64,000 nucleotides of DNA from Candidatus Marinacidobacterales bacterium (GTDB taxonomy: Bacteria > Acidobacteriota > Vicinamibacteria > Marinacidobacterales > SMYC01): assembly GCA_965237955.1 (NCBI GenBank), contig OZ250169.1, positions 2,816,001-2,880,000 on the forward strand, given 5' to 3'. This document shows positions 21,873 to 33,186 of this stretch, one piece after another (the stretch's first letter is position 1; the number at the start of each line of letters is the position of its first letter). The position numbers and the translations under genes are program-made. The notes under the pieces are model-generated. The model saw only the letters and a list, made by a program, of their open reading frames with translations. It was not told the origin of the DNA and ran no database searches.

Positions 21873-22928
21873 TCACAATGTGGCACGCCAGCATCTAATG
21901 ATGCGCAGAAATTTCCCTACATTGTAGCCAATATAAACCAGAGTCTCGTGAATGCCTCGTGAATCGTCTTGTCCAACATCCCCGTCACCTCGCAGGTTTC
22001 TGTTGGCAATCTCCAGCATTCGTTTCAACGATTTCCTCTTGGACAAGGAACTATGGCTCACTTCATTATTGCGAAGGACATCCAACAGTGTACCGAGGGT
22101 GTAGTCGTCCCCATATACTTCAAAGATTTTGAAGTCCAACCAGTCGCCCCTAGCTAGTGAACGGCGACCGTAGTTGAGGGGATTGTAGTCGTCCAAATGA
22201 TTGTATCCGCCGTGCCATTTGCCGAGTCGGTATTCGGAGTCCGCTCGCTGAGAGGACATGAACATACCTTGCTCGAACGAGTTCAGAACGCGAGCGTTCT
22301 GTCCGACATATAGGTCAAATAGAGAGCAGTTGTTTTCGATAGGCTTCTGGCGAATGATTTGTTTGTGCTGTCGAGTGAGGTGCTCCATCGCAGTTTTCGA
22401 GTCGAGCATCATTTTGTGTAGAATGCTCACGACAGTCTGAAACGTGAAATACGAAGCATTAAAAGAGCGTGCCCTGATTAGGTTTGTCTCAAATCCCTTC
22501 ACTAGTTCGCACACGGCGCCAACGCTCCTTGATGCGGCCTTGAGAAAAGCATCTTGTGTCTCGCTCAAAATAAAGGCTAGCTGAGGAGGAGGCCACTTCA
22601 GGGCTTCCTGAAGCCCGGTCTCAGTAAAATCAACATATGCTCCATGATCGCCCTTGGGACAGATCTCCAGCAAGCCATCAGATACAGCTATAAGAAGAAT
22701 GTTCTCATCCTCTTTTGACAAGATGTAATAGCGCCCCGTGAATCCTTTGGCAGAGTTGCTATAAAGAGTGAGATCCTTCTTGCATATGGGGCCGTAGTTA
22801 CCTTCAACAGATAGATCCATTAAGATAAGACAAAGACCTTTTGTTGTTAGGACACCGTTAGGTGATAGGGCGTCCTTTGGTGAACGATCTGTGAAGTACA
22901 GTTTCGTCCAGCCGGAATGTGGTTTCAT
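21873..22928 (-). CDS. Hypothetical protein, visibly lower GC than its neighbours
   Basis: About 350-aa ORF between two IS5 copies; no family recognised. Confidence 0.6.
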   Translation of the reverse strand: MKPHSGWTKLYFTDRSPKDALSPNGVLTTKGLCLILMDLSVEGNYGPICKKDLTLYSNSAKGFTGRYYILSKEDENILLIAVSDGLLEICPKGDHGAYVDFTETGLQEALKWPPPQLAFILSETQDAFLKAASRSVGAVCELVKGFETNLIRARSFNASYFTFQTVVSILHKMMLDSKTAMEHLTRQHKQIIRQKPIENNCSLFDLYVGQNARVLNSFEQGMFMSSQRADSEYRLGKWHGGYNHLDDYNPLNYGRRSLARGDWLDFKIFEVYGDDYTLGTLLDVLRNNEVSHSSLSKRKSLKRMLEIANRNLRGDGDVGQDDSRGIHETLVYIGYNVGKFLRIIRCWRATL

Positions 22929-23129
22929 TGGTAACTGCCTGTGCTCCGCAAAAAAGAAGATCGACCAGAAGCAGCCTACCATAGCAGGTCGGTATTAGAC
23001 CTGCTATGCGGGGGGAAACTCACGTTCTGCCTGTCGCAACCCTGTGCCTTCTATTTATTCATCCGGGCGCCCGAACTTGATTAGTCTCCGGTCTGTCGGC
23101 ACCATACCTGCTTGATTTCGCCGTTTGTT

Positions 23130-24214
23130 GGCGTTGTTGCACCGCTCTGGCTGAGAGCGAATTCCGCCTATGGTGGTGGCCGAGGTATGTTCGAGCATGA
23201 AGTATCCCAAGCGCTGCCAGTACAAGCACGCGAAGCAGAAGAAGTACCACGTTCGCAACTGGGCGGAATACAACGAAGGGCTGCGCCGCCGGGGCGATTT
23301 GACAGTCTGGTTTGACGAGGAGGCAATCGCGAACTGGAAGGCCGACAAGACCGGTAAGCCTGGCGGTCAACGGGTCTATTCAGACATGGCGATTGAAACG
23401 GGCCTGGTTGTCCGGATGGTGTACAAGCTCGCCTACCGACAAACCGAAGGCTTCTTGCACTCGATCGCCTCGCTTCTCGGGCTCGGTATCGAGATCCCGG
23501 ACTACTCGACGTTGTGTCGGCGCTCGAGGTTGCTCCGCAAGAAGCTGCGGATTCCGAAAGCCGCGAGCACTCAACCCATCCACCTGATGATCGATAGCAC
23601 GGGCTTGAGGATTCATGTTGGAAACGCTCGCAAACCGCCAAAGCTGCGCGCATGGCGCAAGTTGCACATCGCCGTTGATCGCGAGACAGGGAACATTGTT
23701 GCGTCCGAACTGACGGCGTCACGAGCTCGCGACGCAACCCGAGTCCCCGCTTTGCTAACACAGATTCAAGCACCTCTAGTGTCGGTGGCGGCGGACAGTG
23801 CATACGACAAGGAAGCGGTCTACGAAGCCATCGAAGCGCACAGTCCTGGACGAAGGACGCGCGTGGTGATTCCGCCGCAACGAAACGCGACGCTCAGTCA
23901 GAATTCGAACACCGCCATGCAGGAGCGCGATCGCCATATTCGTGCAATCGAAAGACACGGCCGACGTGAATGGTACAAGCTCTCAGGCTACACCAAACGA
24001 AGCATGGTGGAGAACGCGGTCTATCGTTACAAGGCGATCATCGGGCCGGAGATGCGGGCTCGAACGTTGGCGAGGCAACGAGTTGAACACCGAATTGGGT
24101 GCGAGATACTCAACAAGATGGCTGCGCTCGGGATGCCCGATACGTACTGCGCCGGGTGACTCTGCAACCGGCACAGGGAGGTCAGCGATTTGCTCCGGGC
24201 CGTGCAACAACGCC
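23130..24214 (+). mobile_element. IS5-family element, type 2, copy 2 (transposase about 23197-24159)
   Basis: Same inverted repeats and near-identical sequence to 20473-21557; inserted into a type C element 5' region (23041-23129). Confidence 0.92.
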
Positions 24215-24631
24215 GGTAGCGGGCGCGAAGACGCGGAACGCGCCCGTGTGGTGGACACGCTCGAGCAACAGACGCGAGAAGCCGAGGGGCAGGGGTTCGA
24301 TATCGATGCGGTGACAGAGAGCGACCTCGCTATGCCGGCACGCACACCATCACCCGTCACCATGGAGGACCTCGACAGGATTATCGGGTCATCTGACCTG
24401 ATGCCGCCAGGGACCGATGTCCAGCCCATGGGACGTCGAGAATACGGCTTCTTGGCCCCGGGAATGACCGAGCGTCTGCGAGTGACCACCGACCCGGAGT
24501 ATTTCGAGGAAAACGCCGAAAGCCTGGAACTGTGGTCCCCAGGAAACCCTCTGTTTACCCCTCCGGAGTTTACTCCGCAGGCGGACGAACCGCCTGCCGA
24601 CAAAACATTGAAGGATATCCTGGATGGCTGA
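24215..24631 (+). pseudogene. C-terminal fragment of a probable SNF2-type helicase from an R-M locus
   Basis: ...RVTTDPEYFEENAESLELWSPGNPLF... resembles C-termini of helicases found beside type IIG genes. Recalled similarity only. Confidence 0.45.
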
Positions 24632-24853
24632 TGCCCGTCCTGTCCAAAAACACAAACGAACTCAAGACTGGCGCGCCGGGCCGTTTCGATCGTCATCGAC
24701 CCGTGGCGAGCCCCAGATCTGGGGCGTGTCGGAGGCGATGTCGGCGATTCGGGTTCCCCGTACGCGCAGGGAAAACACCGTCCAGCAACGAGGTGCCACG
24801 CTCCCGGGCGGAGACCTGGATCCAGGCCCGGGCCGCACATGGACCAGAACGTG

Positions 24854-24986
24854 CTAGTCCCTTGGATCTTTGATTACTATACAAAGTTAGGCTTTTCGCC
24901 AGCCCATAAGATTCATAAGATTCATGCACTTAGAAGGGTTTCGGCAAGCTCTGCTTTATCTAGTTTGTTCTGATACAGGGGACTAG
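24854..24986. mobile_element. MITE inserted at CTAG
   Basis: CTAGTCCCTTGGATC...GATACAGGGGACTAG; the paralogous empty site GTGCTAGCCGG is at about 6500-6510. Confidence 0.85.
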
Positions 24987-26047
24987 CCGGCTACGCCGCG
25001 GTTGCCATGGCCTTGATTCTGGACCCCTCGGGCGGCCTCTTTTCCGACGCTGCACGGCCCTGTCAGCGACCCACTCCCCCCCTTTGGCGCAAACGTGGCA
25101 CTCGAAAATCGGGATTAGAGACGAATGCCGAAAATGAGGCCCGTTCAGCCCTTCTAGCGCGTCTCTGGTGACACCTACCCCTGCAAAACCCCGCCAACCG
25201 CGCGGAAAATCTCACCCGTCTCTGCAGTGCCACAATTGGCCAGACTGGGTGGCGGATGGTGCAGTCTCGAGCCATCCGGTCTCGGCAAAAGGTATTTTGG
25301 CAATTTTGGGAGTCAGGATCGAACTTCTGGCCGTGCGCGTGGTTGGGGCAATGTAGCGAAAACTCAGAGAAGCCCTGATGCCCACAGCGTTCTATCCTGT
25401 TTTTGTACAGTGACTTAACGGAAGCCACCACGTGCTGGTCCCCGCACATCTCATCGACGGGTGCTCGTTCCGAGCCGGAATCGAATTTGCTTCAATCAAA
25501 TGTCTTGTACGGCAATCTCAACCTCCTGGACGCTTGAAAGAGGGCCGTGTCGTAAACCCTCCGGAGGCGGCTCCGACCGTTACTCATTGCCGCAAAAGGC
25601 TTTACGTCTCATCAGCGAATGTTCGTCGACGGGAACATCTTTCCGGCTATCGCAGTCGGGAGGCTCGAGTGGAGCTTCCGGTTCGTGGCTGGAAACGATC
25701 AGAAACAGAGCACAACAGGCCATTAACGTGCAGTTTGGGGCGATTTTGGGGCTTATCGGGACGTTTTTGCGCTTAATCGTGCAGACAATGAGAAGAAGCT
25801 CAACGCCTAGATCGCGCCTGAGGAGAAGGCGAATAGCGGAATTCGAATTGGCCAAACCTCGAATTCATCCAGCGGAGTTTTATGGAGGAAACGAAGATGA
25901 CTCCGCAGACGGTCCAGTACAAGGAGCTATCCGAGTCTGGAAACCATGACAGGGAATTTGGGCCAGTTTGAGGCTGATTGGTGGAGGCCAGTGTCGGAGA
26001 GCAGCTTGCTGCTAACCGAGCCGATTCACGGAGTGGGCGCTGGAGGC

Positions 26048-27663
26048 TCACAGCGTTTTGACGAGCACTCGCTGTTTCTCCCAATCGTCGGGAAGCGGAT
26101 GATGCAAGAGGTAGCTCGAGGTCAGCCCAACGGGCTGGCGGCCTTCGACAATGGCGCGGACGATGTCAGGAGCCAGGAAGGCATAACGGATTGCCTTGCG
26201 CACGCGGTCCGTTGGGATGGCGTCTTCGGTGGCAATCTCCTCATAGGTTTTGCCTGCTTTGATTCGGTCGAGCCAGGAGCGGGCGTTTCTGATATTGCGC
26301 AGGAGTGTGCGGTCGACGGATTTCGTGGGGTTGCCCAGAACGAGCTTGGTCTCGACGCCGCGTCGGCGCAAGCGGAACGGTGCGAGGATGCGGAGTGCAT
26401 CCTCGCGAATGCGGTCAGGTCCCATAGAGAGGCAAGCAGCGAACGCATTGCGGTCGAGCAGGATGGACACAGAGCCAGGGCTGATGTCGACCCGCCGGAT
26501 AAGACGGAGCAGGGGGGCTGCCGAGGCACTATCATCATTACTGCCGGAACACAGCCCGTCTAAAAAGCGACGCACCGAGGCGAGCTCTTGCATCGTCGGA
26601 GTGTGGATCAACGAGGCCGAGAAGGTCGTGGCATCCACATGCTGTCGGATGAGATGCACGGCGGTCTGTTCCAGCATCGGGGCGGGCAGTCGCCAGCCGG
26701 AGAGGTCCTTTTGGCCACTGTGCTGGATGAGGCGCCGGGAGACGTAGTAGCGGAGCCGTTGCCCGTTTTTCTTTTTGGTGTGGCTCGGCGTCAGCCGGTC
26801 CCCGGTCTCGTCGAAGAGCTTGCCTGCCAGTGGGGAGGGGGCTGCACGGCCCTTCGTCGTGCGTCTCCTTGGTTTGGCAGCCCCTGCCTGCAGCTGCGTT
26901 TGGACCGCGTCCCAGAGCTCCGGAGCAATGATCGATGGATGCTGGCCCTCGTAGACACGCCTCTGGTGCCGGATGCGGCCGGCGTAGAGAGGATTGGTCA
27001 GCAGGCAGTGGAGGTGTCCGCGACGGAACGGCAGCCCGCCCGTTCGGGTTCCATCCGCGGTGAAGCGTTGCTTGGTACGCAGTCTCAGACGGTCCGCCTC
27101 GGCCTTCACCTGCCGGAGCGTTTCGTGCTTTCGGTACAGCGCATAGAGCGTCCGGACCGTTTCGGCCTCAGCCTCGTTGATGCGCAGCGTGCGCCCGTCC
27201 TTCTCATAGCCGAGCGGTACGCGGCCGCCCATCCATAGTCCCTTGCGCTTGGAGGCAGCGACCTTATCGCGGATCCGCTCGGCCGTGACCTCGCGTTCGA
27301 ATTGTGCGAAGGACAGCAGCATATGCAGCGTCAGTCGTCCCATGCTGGTCGCGGTGTTGAAGGACTGAGTCACCGAGACGAAAACCGCGCCGGCAGCCTC
27401 GAGCCGCTCGACGAGCTTTGCAAAGTCGGAGAGGGAACGGGTCAGCCGGTCGACCTTGTAGACCACAATCTGCTCGACGAGACCTGCGTCGATGTCGGCG
27501 AGCAAGCGCTGCAGGCCCGGGCGCTCCAGGGTTCCTCCCGAGAGCCCCGCGTCCTCGTAGACGGTTGGCAGCAGCACCCAGCCCTCCGCTTTCTGGCTCG
27601 CGACATACGGCGGCGCAGGCTTCTCGCTGCGCATCGAGGGAGTTGAACTCCTGTTCGAGACCC
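26048..27663 (-). pseudogene. Large serine recombinase, copy 2, 5'-truncated and frameshifted
   Basis: Near-identical to copy 3. The catalytic YTRKS is replaced by a type B MITE at 27664, and there is an extra G near 27609. Confidence 0.9.
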
Positions 27664-27792
27664 CGTCGTGTCCAAAAACACAAACGCGTTGCCAAGCCCT
27701 TGATGGTTGCGCTCTCCATCATAATGATAGATGAAACTCGGCGACGGCCCGGCGCGCCGGTCTTGAGTTCGTTTGTGTTTTTGGACAGGACG
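27664..27792. mobile_element. Type B MITE (129 bp)
   Basis: CGTCGTGTCCAAAAACACAAACG ... CGTTTGTGTTTTTGGACAGGACG; related to 5913-6042 and 38096-38183. Confidence 0.85.
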
Positions 27793-28031
27793 GTACCCTG
27801 ATCGTGTGCCCCGGCGAACGTCTCCAGCGTGAGTGACACGTGCTTCGGCGAACCGTTGTCGCGAAGGTACGCCGGGTCGTCACCTCGTGACCATCCTTGG
27901 TTCCTGAACATCGAGATGGGGCGCGCCGGTTGGGTTCCCGACCGGAGGACCGAAATGGCTCCAATTGCGACATATGAAGATCTCCCCGCCTGATCGGGTT
28001 CACGGTGGTTCACGACGAAACAATACGAGCT

Positions 28032-28083
28032 TGTGCCTTCTATTTATTCATCCGTGCGCACGGATGAATAAATAGAAGGCACA
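28032..28083. repeat. Perfect 52-bp palindrome made of two type C ends
   Basis: TGTGCCTTCTATTTATTCATCCGTGC|GCACGGATGAATAAATAGAAGGCACA. Confidence 0.9.
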
Positions 28084-28255
28084 GGTCGGAAGCCAGCCTT
28101 GGCGCGAAATACCCTGGATTCTGCGCGGATTCCAAGGGCGTCTAAGCTGCTGATTTGCGGTCTATTTCAAAAGGGCCGAGTTTTGGCACAGGACGGGGAC
28201 AGACGAGGTCCTTTCAACGATTCTGTGAACGTTCGGTTCTCCGAAGCCTGCAGGA

Positions 28256-28705
28256 TCACTCCTTCGGACGAGGCCGATTTCTGAAACGCTGCCAGCATTG
28301 CCGGAGCAACAGCGGGATTCCGACCAGGAGCAGATACGGAGTGAGAACGCCGATAACCACCATATGTGGGCCGAGCAATCCGCCGACGAGGCTGAACAGT
28401 ACAGCAAGCGGAGTCGCCACCCCAAGCGTGATCAGTAAAACGCTCCGCGAGGCTCCGACAACTCCTCTCAAGAGGCGTTGCACCAGCAACCCTACCAGCA
28501 CACCGCCCAGAAAAAACAGAACCAAGCTGGAGAACAAAGCCGGAATCGCAAACAGCAACTCCTCTGGATTCCAAGAATCCATGGAGCCGAACCGGACAAG
28601 AGCGACCAGGACTTGCAGAACACAAAATCCGACGCCGAACAGGACGGGCGTCTTCCAGTAACTCCATCGAGAAAAAGAGGAAGTTCTTAAAGGATCGACC
28701 CCCAT
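28256..28705 (-). CDS. Hypothetical membrane protein
   Basis: SD-like GGAGG before the ATG; about 4 hydrophobic segments. Confidence 0.65.
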   Translation of the reverse strand: MGVDPLRTSSFSRWSYWKTPVLFGVGFCVLQVLVALVRFGSMDSWNPEELLFAIPALFSSLVLFFLGGVLVGLLVQRLLRGVVGASRSVLLITLGVATPLAVLFSLVGGLLGPHMVVIGVLTPYLLLVGIPLLLRQCWQRFRNRPRPKE

Positions 28706-29035
28706 AAATCCTCCAATTCGAACCCTGCGCGGAGCCGATGCGCGCGGGCTACTTGATTCTGTCTATTATCCCGCAAGACGGCCTGGCCGGCACTGCGCTA
28801 CAGGACCGGCAATGTCGTCTTGATCCTGAATCCTCGGGCCAGACGATTGTAAAGCCTACGGCCCTTGGTCCGGTCGCAAACACAGACACTAAGCTGCTGA
28901 TTGATGGTCTATTTCAAAAGGGCCGAGTTTTGGCACAGGGCGGGGTGTCTCGGACAGTGAGGTCAAACGCATCCGCCGTTTCATTCGCGAGCCGTACGGA
29001 ATGGTATTGGTGACGGGCCCGAGCACGAGTCGGGA

Positions 29036-29470
29036 TCATCCGCCGATGCCGTCGGCAGAGAGGTAGGCGTCGAGCGAGTGGAGCTCCTGCGACAGGTCGT
29101 CGACCATGTTCCTCAACAAGTGTCGCGTCGATAGCATCCCGGCGACGTTCCCCCCGCGGTCGATGATGGGAAGATGGCGAATGTGGTTGCTCGTCATCAT
29201 CGCGAGAGCCTCGCGATGATGCATGTTGCTGGCAGCAACGATGGGCGGCGAGGTCATCACGTCGCGGATTGGGGTCTCATCCAAGTGGCTTCCTTTGGCC
29301 ACCACACGCTTCAGGAGATCGCTAGCGGTGAAGATGCCCTTCGCCGATTGGTTCTCCACCACCACGACTGCGCCGGCACCGCAGTCAACCATTGTTTCCA
29401 CGGCGTGTCGGACCGTGGACTCGGTTCCGATCGTCACCGCCGGAGTCCGGGTGATCTTGAGCAGCTTCAT
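29036..29470 (-). CDS. CBS-domain protein
   Basis: Two CBS repeats (GAVVVV..GIFT..D; IRHLPII...G.VAGMLS); GGAGG upstream. Confidence 0.88.
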   Translation of the reverse strand: MKLLKITRTPAVTIGTESTVRHAVETMVDCGAGAVVVVENQSAKGIFTASDLLKRVVAKGSHLDETPIRDVMTSPPIVAASNMHHREALAMMTSNHIRHLPIIDRGGNVAGMLSTRHLLRNMVDDLSQELHSLDAYLSADGIGG

Positions 29471-29859
29471 AAACTGGCCTCCTTGTCTCGCACCTTCGGC
29501 GTGGCGTTGGACGTGATCCCCGTACGGGCGTTCAGTTAGGCAATCGAGAAATCAGGTATAGTGTGCCTCCTCGCGAGTAGGAGGAGAGCGACTTGTAGAC
29601 GTAAATCTTATACACCAATAAGCGGTCGGATTTCAACTCCAAGTCACATCGCAGCGCTGCTACTTCGACGTGAAAACATCTGGGTGTGGGCTCCGAGATA
29701 TTGGGTCTGGGAACTAGCTCAGGGTTCGGGTTCCGGTTGCATTCTGGTGAGGAGGCGCCCGACGATTGCAGGTAACTGGACTTGATCCAGTTTCGTGGAC
29801 ACATTCTGAACGGCGGATACGATGTCCACAATGGCAAAGACAACGCAGCCCCGGCGACC

Positions 29860-29957
29860 CCTGTGATCCGCAAAAAAGAAGAACGGCCAGAAGCAGCCGA
29901 CCATAGCAAGTCTAAAACGCGCAATCAACGCTTGATAGACTTTTTGCGGAGCACAGG
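29860..29957. mobile_element. Type D MITE (~98 bp)
   Basis: CCTGTGATCCGCAAAAA ... TTTTTGCGGAGCACAGG; the same end occurs near 4049, 22938 and 30543. Confidence 0.75.
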
Positions 29958-30039
29958 TCGTCCTGTGCCAAAACTCAGCCCTTTTGAAATAGACCATAAA
30001 TCAGCAGCTTAGCGACTGGGCCAAGGGCCCTTAGGCTCT

Positions 30040-30269
30040 ACAGTTACCCAAAACCCGCGGTCGACGTTCGAGAGCCGCGGCCGTTTCACCGAACGGCGGA
30101 GGACGGCGAGCTGCTGCCGAAGAGCGACATTGTCGAGAGCCAGCTCGCGACGAGCCTTGAAGGCGGAGATGAGAGCGCGAACAAACGACGAAATCAAGCA
30201 GGCATGGTGCCGGCAGACCGGAGACTAATCAAGTTTGGGGCGCCCGGATGAATAAATAGAAGGCACAGG
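30040..30269 (-). mobile_element. Type C left end and transposase N-terminal fragment
   Basis: ISSFVRALISAFKARRELALDNVALRQQLAVLRRS..RPRL behind the CCTGTGCCTTCTATTTATTCATCCG end. Confidence 0.75.
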
Positions 30270-30543
30270 CCCTTGGCCCCCCAGTCGCTAAGCTGCTGAT
30301 TTATGGTCTATTTCGAAAGGGCCGAGTTTTGGCACAGGACGGGATCCTGCGAACAGACAAGATTCCGAGCGAATGCGAGGGCATTGACGAAAGCGGGCAC
30401 AATATTTGAGAGCAGACGCAAGAGCAAACCTTTCCACGCTTACAATGACGTCGGATCACCTCATCCGTTCGCCGCGAAACGGCCAATCCTGGCAGGTCTA
30501 AACTGCAGAATCAACGACGGATCGAGTTTTTGCGGAGCACAGG

Positions 30544-31110
30544 TCGTCGCTGTGGATTTCTTCAACGTAGTCACCGTCAGCTTTCGCGTGCTTTACGTCT
30601 TCGTCATCATGGAAATCGGCACCTGCAAGATGCTTCACTTCAACGTAACGGCGCATCCGACCGCGGAGTGGACGTTGCAACAGTTCCGGGAGGCGATTGG
30701 GTGCGAGCACGACTATCGATTCGTCATCGCGGACCGCGATGACAAGTTCTCAGCAGACATCCGCCGCTCCGTCCGGGGGATGGGTGTTCGGCCGTTGAGG
30801 ACGCCGCGCAGAGCACCGCAGGCGAATGCCTACTGTGAGAGACTCATCGGCACCACACGCCGGGAGTGCTTGGATTTTCTGATACCGCTGTCAGAGGAAC
30901 ATCTTCGCCGACTCTTGACCAAATGGCGTGAGTACTACAATCGGGCGAGACCACATTCATCGCTCGGCCCATGCCTTCCCACCCCCTGTGTCGAGCTTCC
31001 GATGAAACCGGGACCAGCACCGACATCGATTACCCGCCCAGCGCGTCGTTGCCTCGAGGCCGGTCCTTGGTGGGCTCCATCACGATTACCGGTTGTCACG
31101 CGTCGCCTGA
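30544..31110 (+). pseudogene. Integrase-core (rve) transposase C-terminal fragment
   Basis: AVDFF.V.T, HFNVTAHPTAEWT.QQ, DRDDKF, P.ANAYCER.IGT.RRECLD, YYN..RPH.SLG. Confidence 0.85.
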
Positions 31111-31326
31111 CTGAGCTAGCCTCTCGCGGTGAATAATGCGTTATTTCTTGAGCACGTTATTGCGTCGGTGGCTCGGCGGCGACAGCGTGCAGAATTTCCA
31201 CCAAGACGAAGACGAGTCGGCAGGACGTTGCTCTCATGGCTGTCTGCCCGTCGATACGCGATCCTCTTTTTTGCAGATCACACGTGTACCAACGCTTGAT
31301 GGCAGAAGCACCGATTAGAGCCTGTC

Positions 31327-33186
31327 CTATCTTCGGCGGGCAAGGTCTTCGTCGAGCCAACTCATTCGTTCGACGATCCACTGTTTCAGGTAGTCGACTT
31401 CCTGTTGGTAGGACACCAAGCCCACGAGGCCCGGAGGTTCGCGCCATATCTTGTCGCCGATGGTGGGCCAATACCCGAAGTTTCTCTTCTGTGCCTCCTG
31501 TAAATCTTGAGCCATCTCATCCACGCTTTGGAGAAGGGTCCTGGTTCGAAAATGGCTCTTCCTCAAGTCGAACCACCGCTTGTTCAAAATCCGTTGAAAA
31601 TCGGCGTCTTCGAAGAGGACGCGCCAAAAGAGGTCATGTTTCTTGACAAACCACCCACCGGCCAGATCCCCCCTCCACTTTGTGGAGTTCCCAAAGGATT
31701 GGTCGAAATCCCATGCCGGTCCAGCTTTCAATTTCGCGGAGCGATCCTTGTGGAAAAAACTGCTATAGACGTACGCGTCGACATTTTTCGTTACCTCCTG
31801 GATGAGCATTTCATCCACGAAACTGTCGATGTCGATCCATCCTGAATACTGCATGATGAGAGCCCCAGAGTTGCTCTGACGCATGAACTCCCGGAAACGG
31901 CCATCGTACGTTTTGATGTACTCGACCTGCTCGTTGCGGGCCCGGTCGGGTCGGGGATAAATCAAGTTGAGAGCATTCTGGCCCGAGACGCCACCACGTT
32001 TACTGTACTCGTAGATATATCCTCCGGTCACTGCCTCGCCAGAAACGTCAGCCGAACTAAGAGGCGACACATTCACGCGATTCTGATCTCGCTTGATCTT
32101 CTCCATGAAAACGTACAAGCCCTGGTACCGTCCGTTGACGATCAACTCACAGTGGACGGTGCGGCTCGAATAGTGACCCATCATTCGCGACATCTGATGG
32201 GCAAGAGAGTTACGTAGAAAAGTACGATCGTAGTAAGATGCGTTTAGGATCCAGTCGTTATCTTTAGGAAGGCCGAGCACTGAGATATTTAGGTTGTTTC
32301 CATCTTGGTCTGTGGTTTCAACAGCATACGACTTCTTCGGAAAGTACATTTGGGACGAGTATCCACGGGTTTCGATCCCGATGAATCCGTCGTATCCGTT
32401 GTAAGAGTTCGTTAAGTAATTACGTCGCCCGTTCTGGTTGTTGACAATGCCCATGTGCGCGGAAACCTTGGGCTCGTCAGGAATGTCGGCACTGTTCTCG
32501 GTGGTGATGACGACGATCGGGAGATTCGACCCTGCCACTTCGATGGTACTTGCTAGCCACTCTGGCAAAGGAAGAAAGTCCTGGCCATCATCCATCATCT
32601 CGGCAATGAGGTAAGCATTGGAGGAGAGATCGGTTGAACTCTCACTTACGTTGTGAACCTGCAGAGCCAAGACGTTATCATCGGGCTGGAGCACATTCAG
32701 GGGGACATCACTACTTTCTGGGATCCCACCTTCATAGAGCAACGCTTCGTGCGAAACGCTCGATGGTTGATTGTGCGCAGGATGCGCCCCGCGCAAGCCT
32801 GCAGACCGCGCGATCTCGACGTTGTTTATATAAGCGACAAAAGCGTCGTCGTAATCCACGTAGAGCTCCATGGACGTGAGTTGGCTCGGATCCGGAAGTG
32901 AGAAGGTACGTCGCAGATAAACAGAGATGGTGTGATCGATCACGGTACCATCGTCGGAGTCTCCGTAGCCGATGCCACCAGTGCCTTCGGCCCAATGGCT
33001 GTCGTCGAAGGACTGCTTGCGCCAGTCGGCAGTCGGCTTGGCATTGCCGATAAAGTATCGCCAGCTCATATCAGGACCGACCACGATTCCTTTGTGAGGG
33101 TTGCCTGATTGGGGTAATAGACAAGCCTGGAGTCCCGCCAGCACGAGCAAAGATGGGAGCCAACACGTCGAAAGTCCCTGCCTCAT
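31327..33186 (-). CDS. CotH kinase-family protein
   Basis: Probable ATG 33186 overlapping the upstream stop; RG.SS..FPKKSY, D.DWIL.A.Y.D...RN, Y.GLY...EKIK, GP.WDFD..FGN. Confidence 0.88.
   Translation of the reverse strand: MRQGLSTCWLPSLLVLAGLQACLLPQSGNPHKGIVVGPDMSWRYFIGNAKPTADWRKQSFDDSHWAEGTGGIGYGDSDDGTVIDHTISVYLRRTFSLPDPSQLTSMELYVDYDDAFVAYINNVEIARSAGLRGAHPAHNQPSSVSHEALLYEGGIPESSDVPLNVLQPDDNVLALQVHNVSESSTDLSSNAYLIAEMMDDGQDFLPLPEWLASTIEVAGSNLPIVVITTENSADIPDEPKVSAHMGIVNNQNGRRNYLTNSYNGYDGFIGIETRGYSSQMYFPKKSYAVETTDQDGNNLNISVLGLPKDNDWILNASYYDRTFLRNSLAHQMSRMMGHYSSRTVHCELIVNGRYQGLYVFMEKIKRDQNRVNVSPLSSADVSGEAVTGGYIYEYSKRGGVSGQNALNLIYPRPDRARNEQVEYIKTYDGRFREFMRQSNSGALIMQYSGWIDIDSFVDEMLIQEVTKNVDAYVYSSFFHKDRSAKLKAGPAWDFDQSFGNSTKWRGDLAGGWFVKKHDLFWRVLFEDADFQRILNKRWFDLRKSHFRTRTLLQSVDEMAQDLQEAQKRNFGYWPTIGDKIWREPPGLVGLVSYQQEVDYLKQWIVERMSWLDEDLARRR

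Noticed and set aside
28099-28284. Short ORFs containing GRVLAQD, AEFWHRT, CAKTRPF or SKNTNELKT
   Set aside because: These are translations of A and B ends; ORF-track starts inside these ends are not real gene starts.
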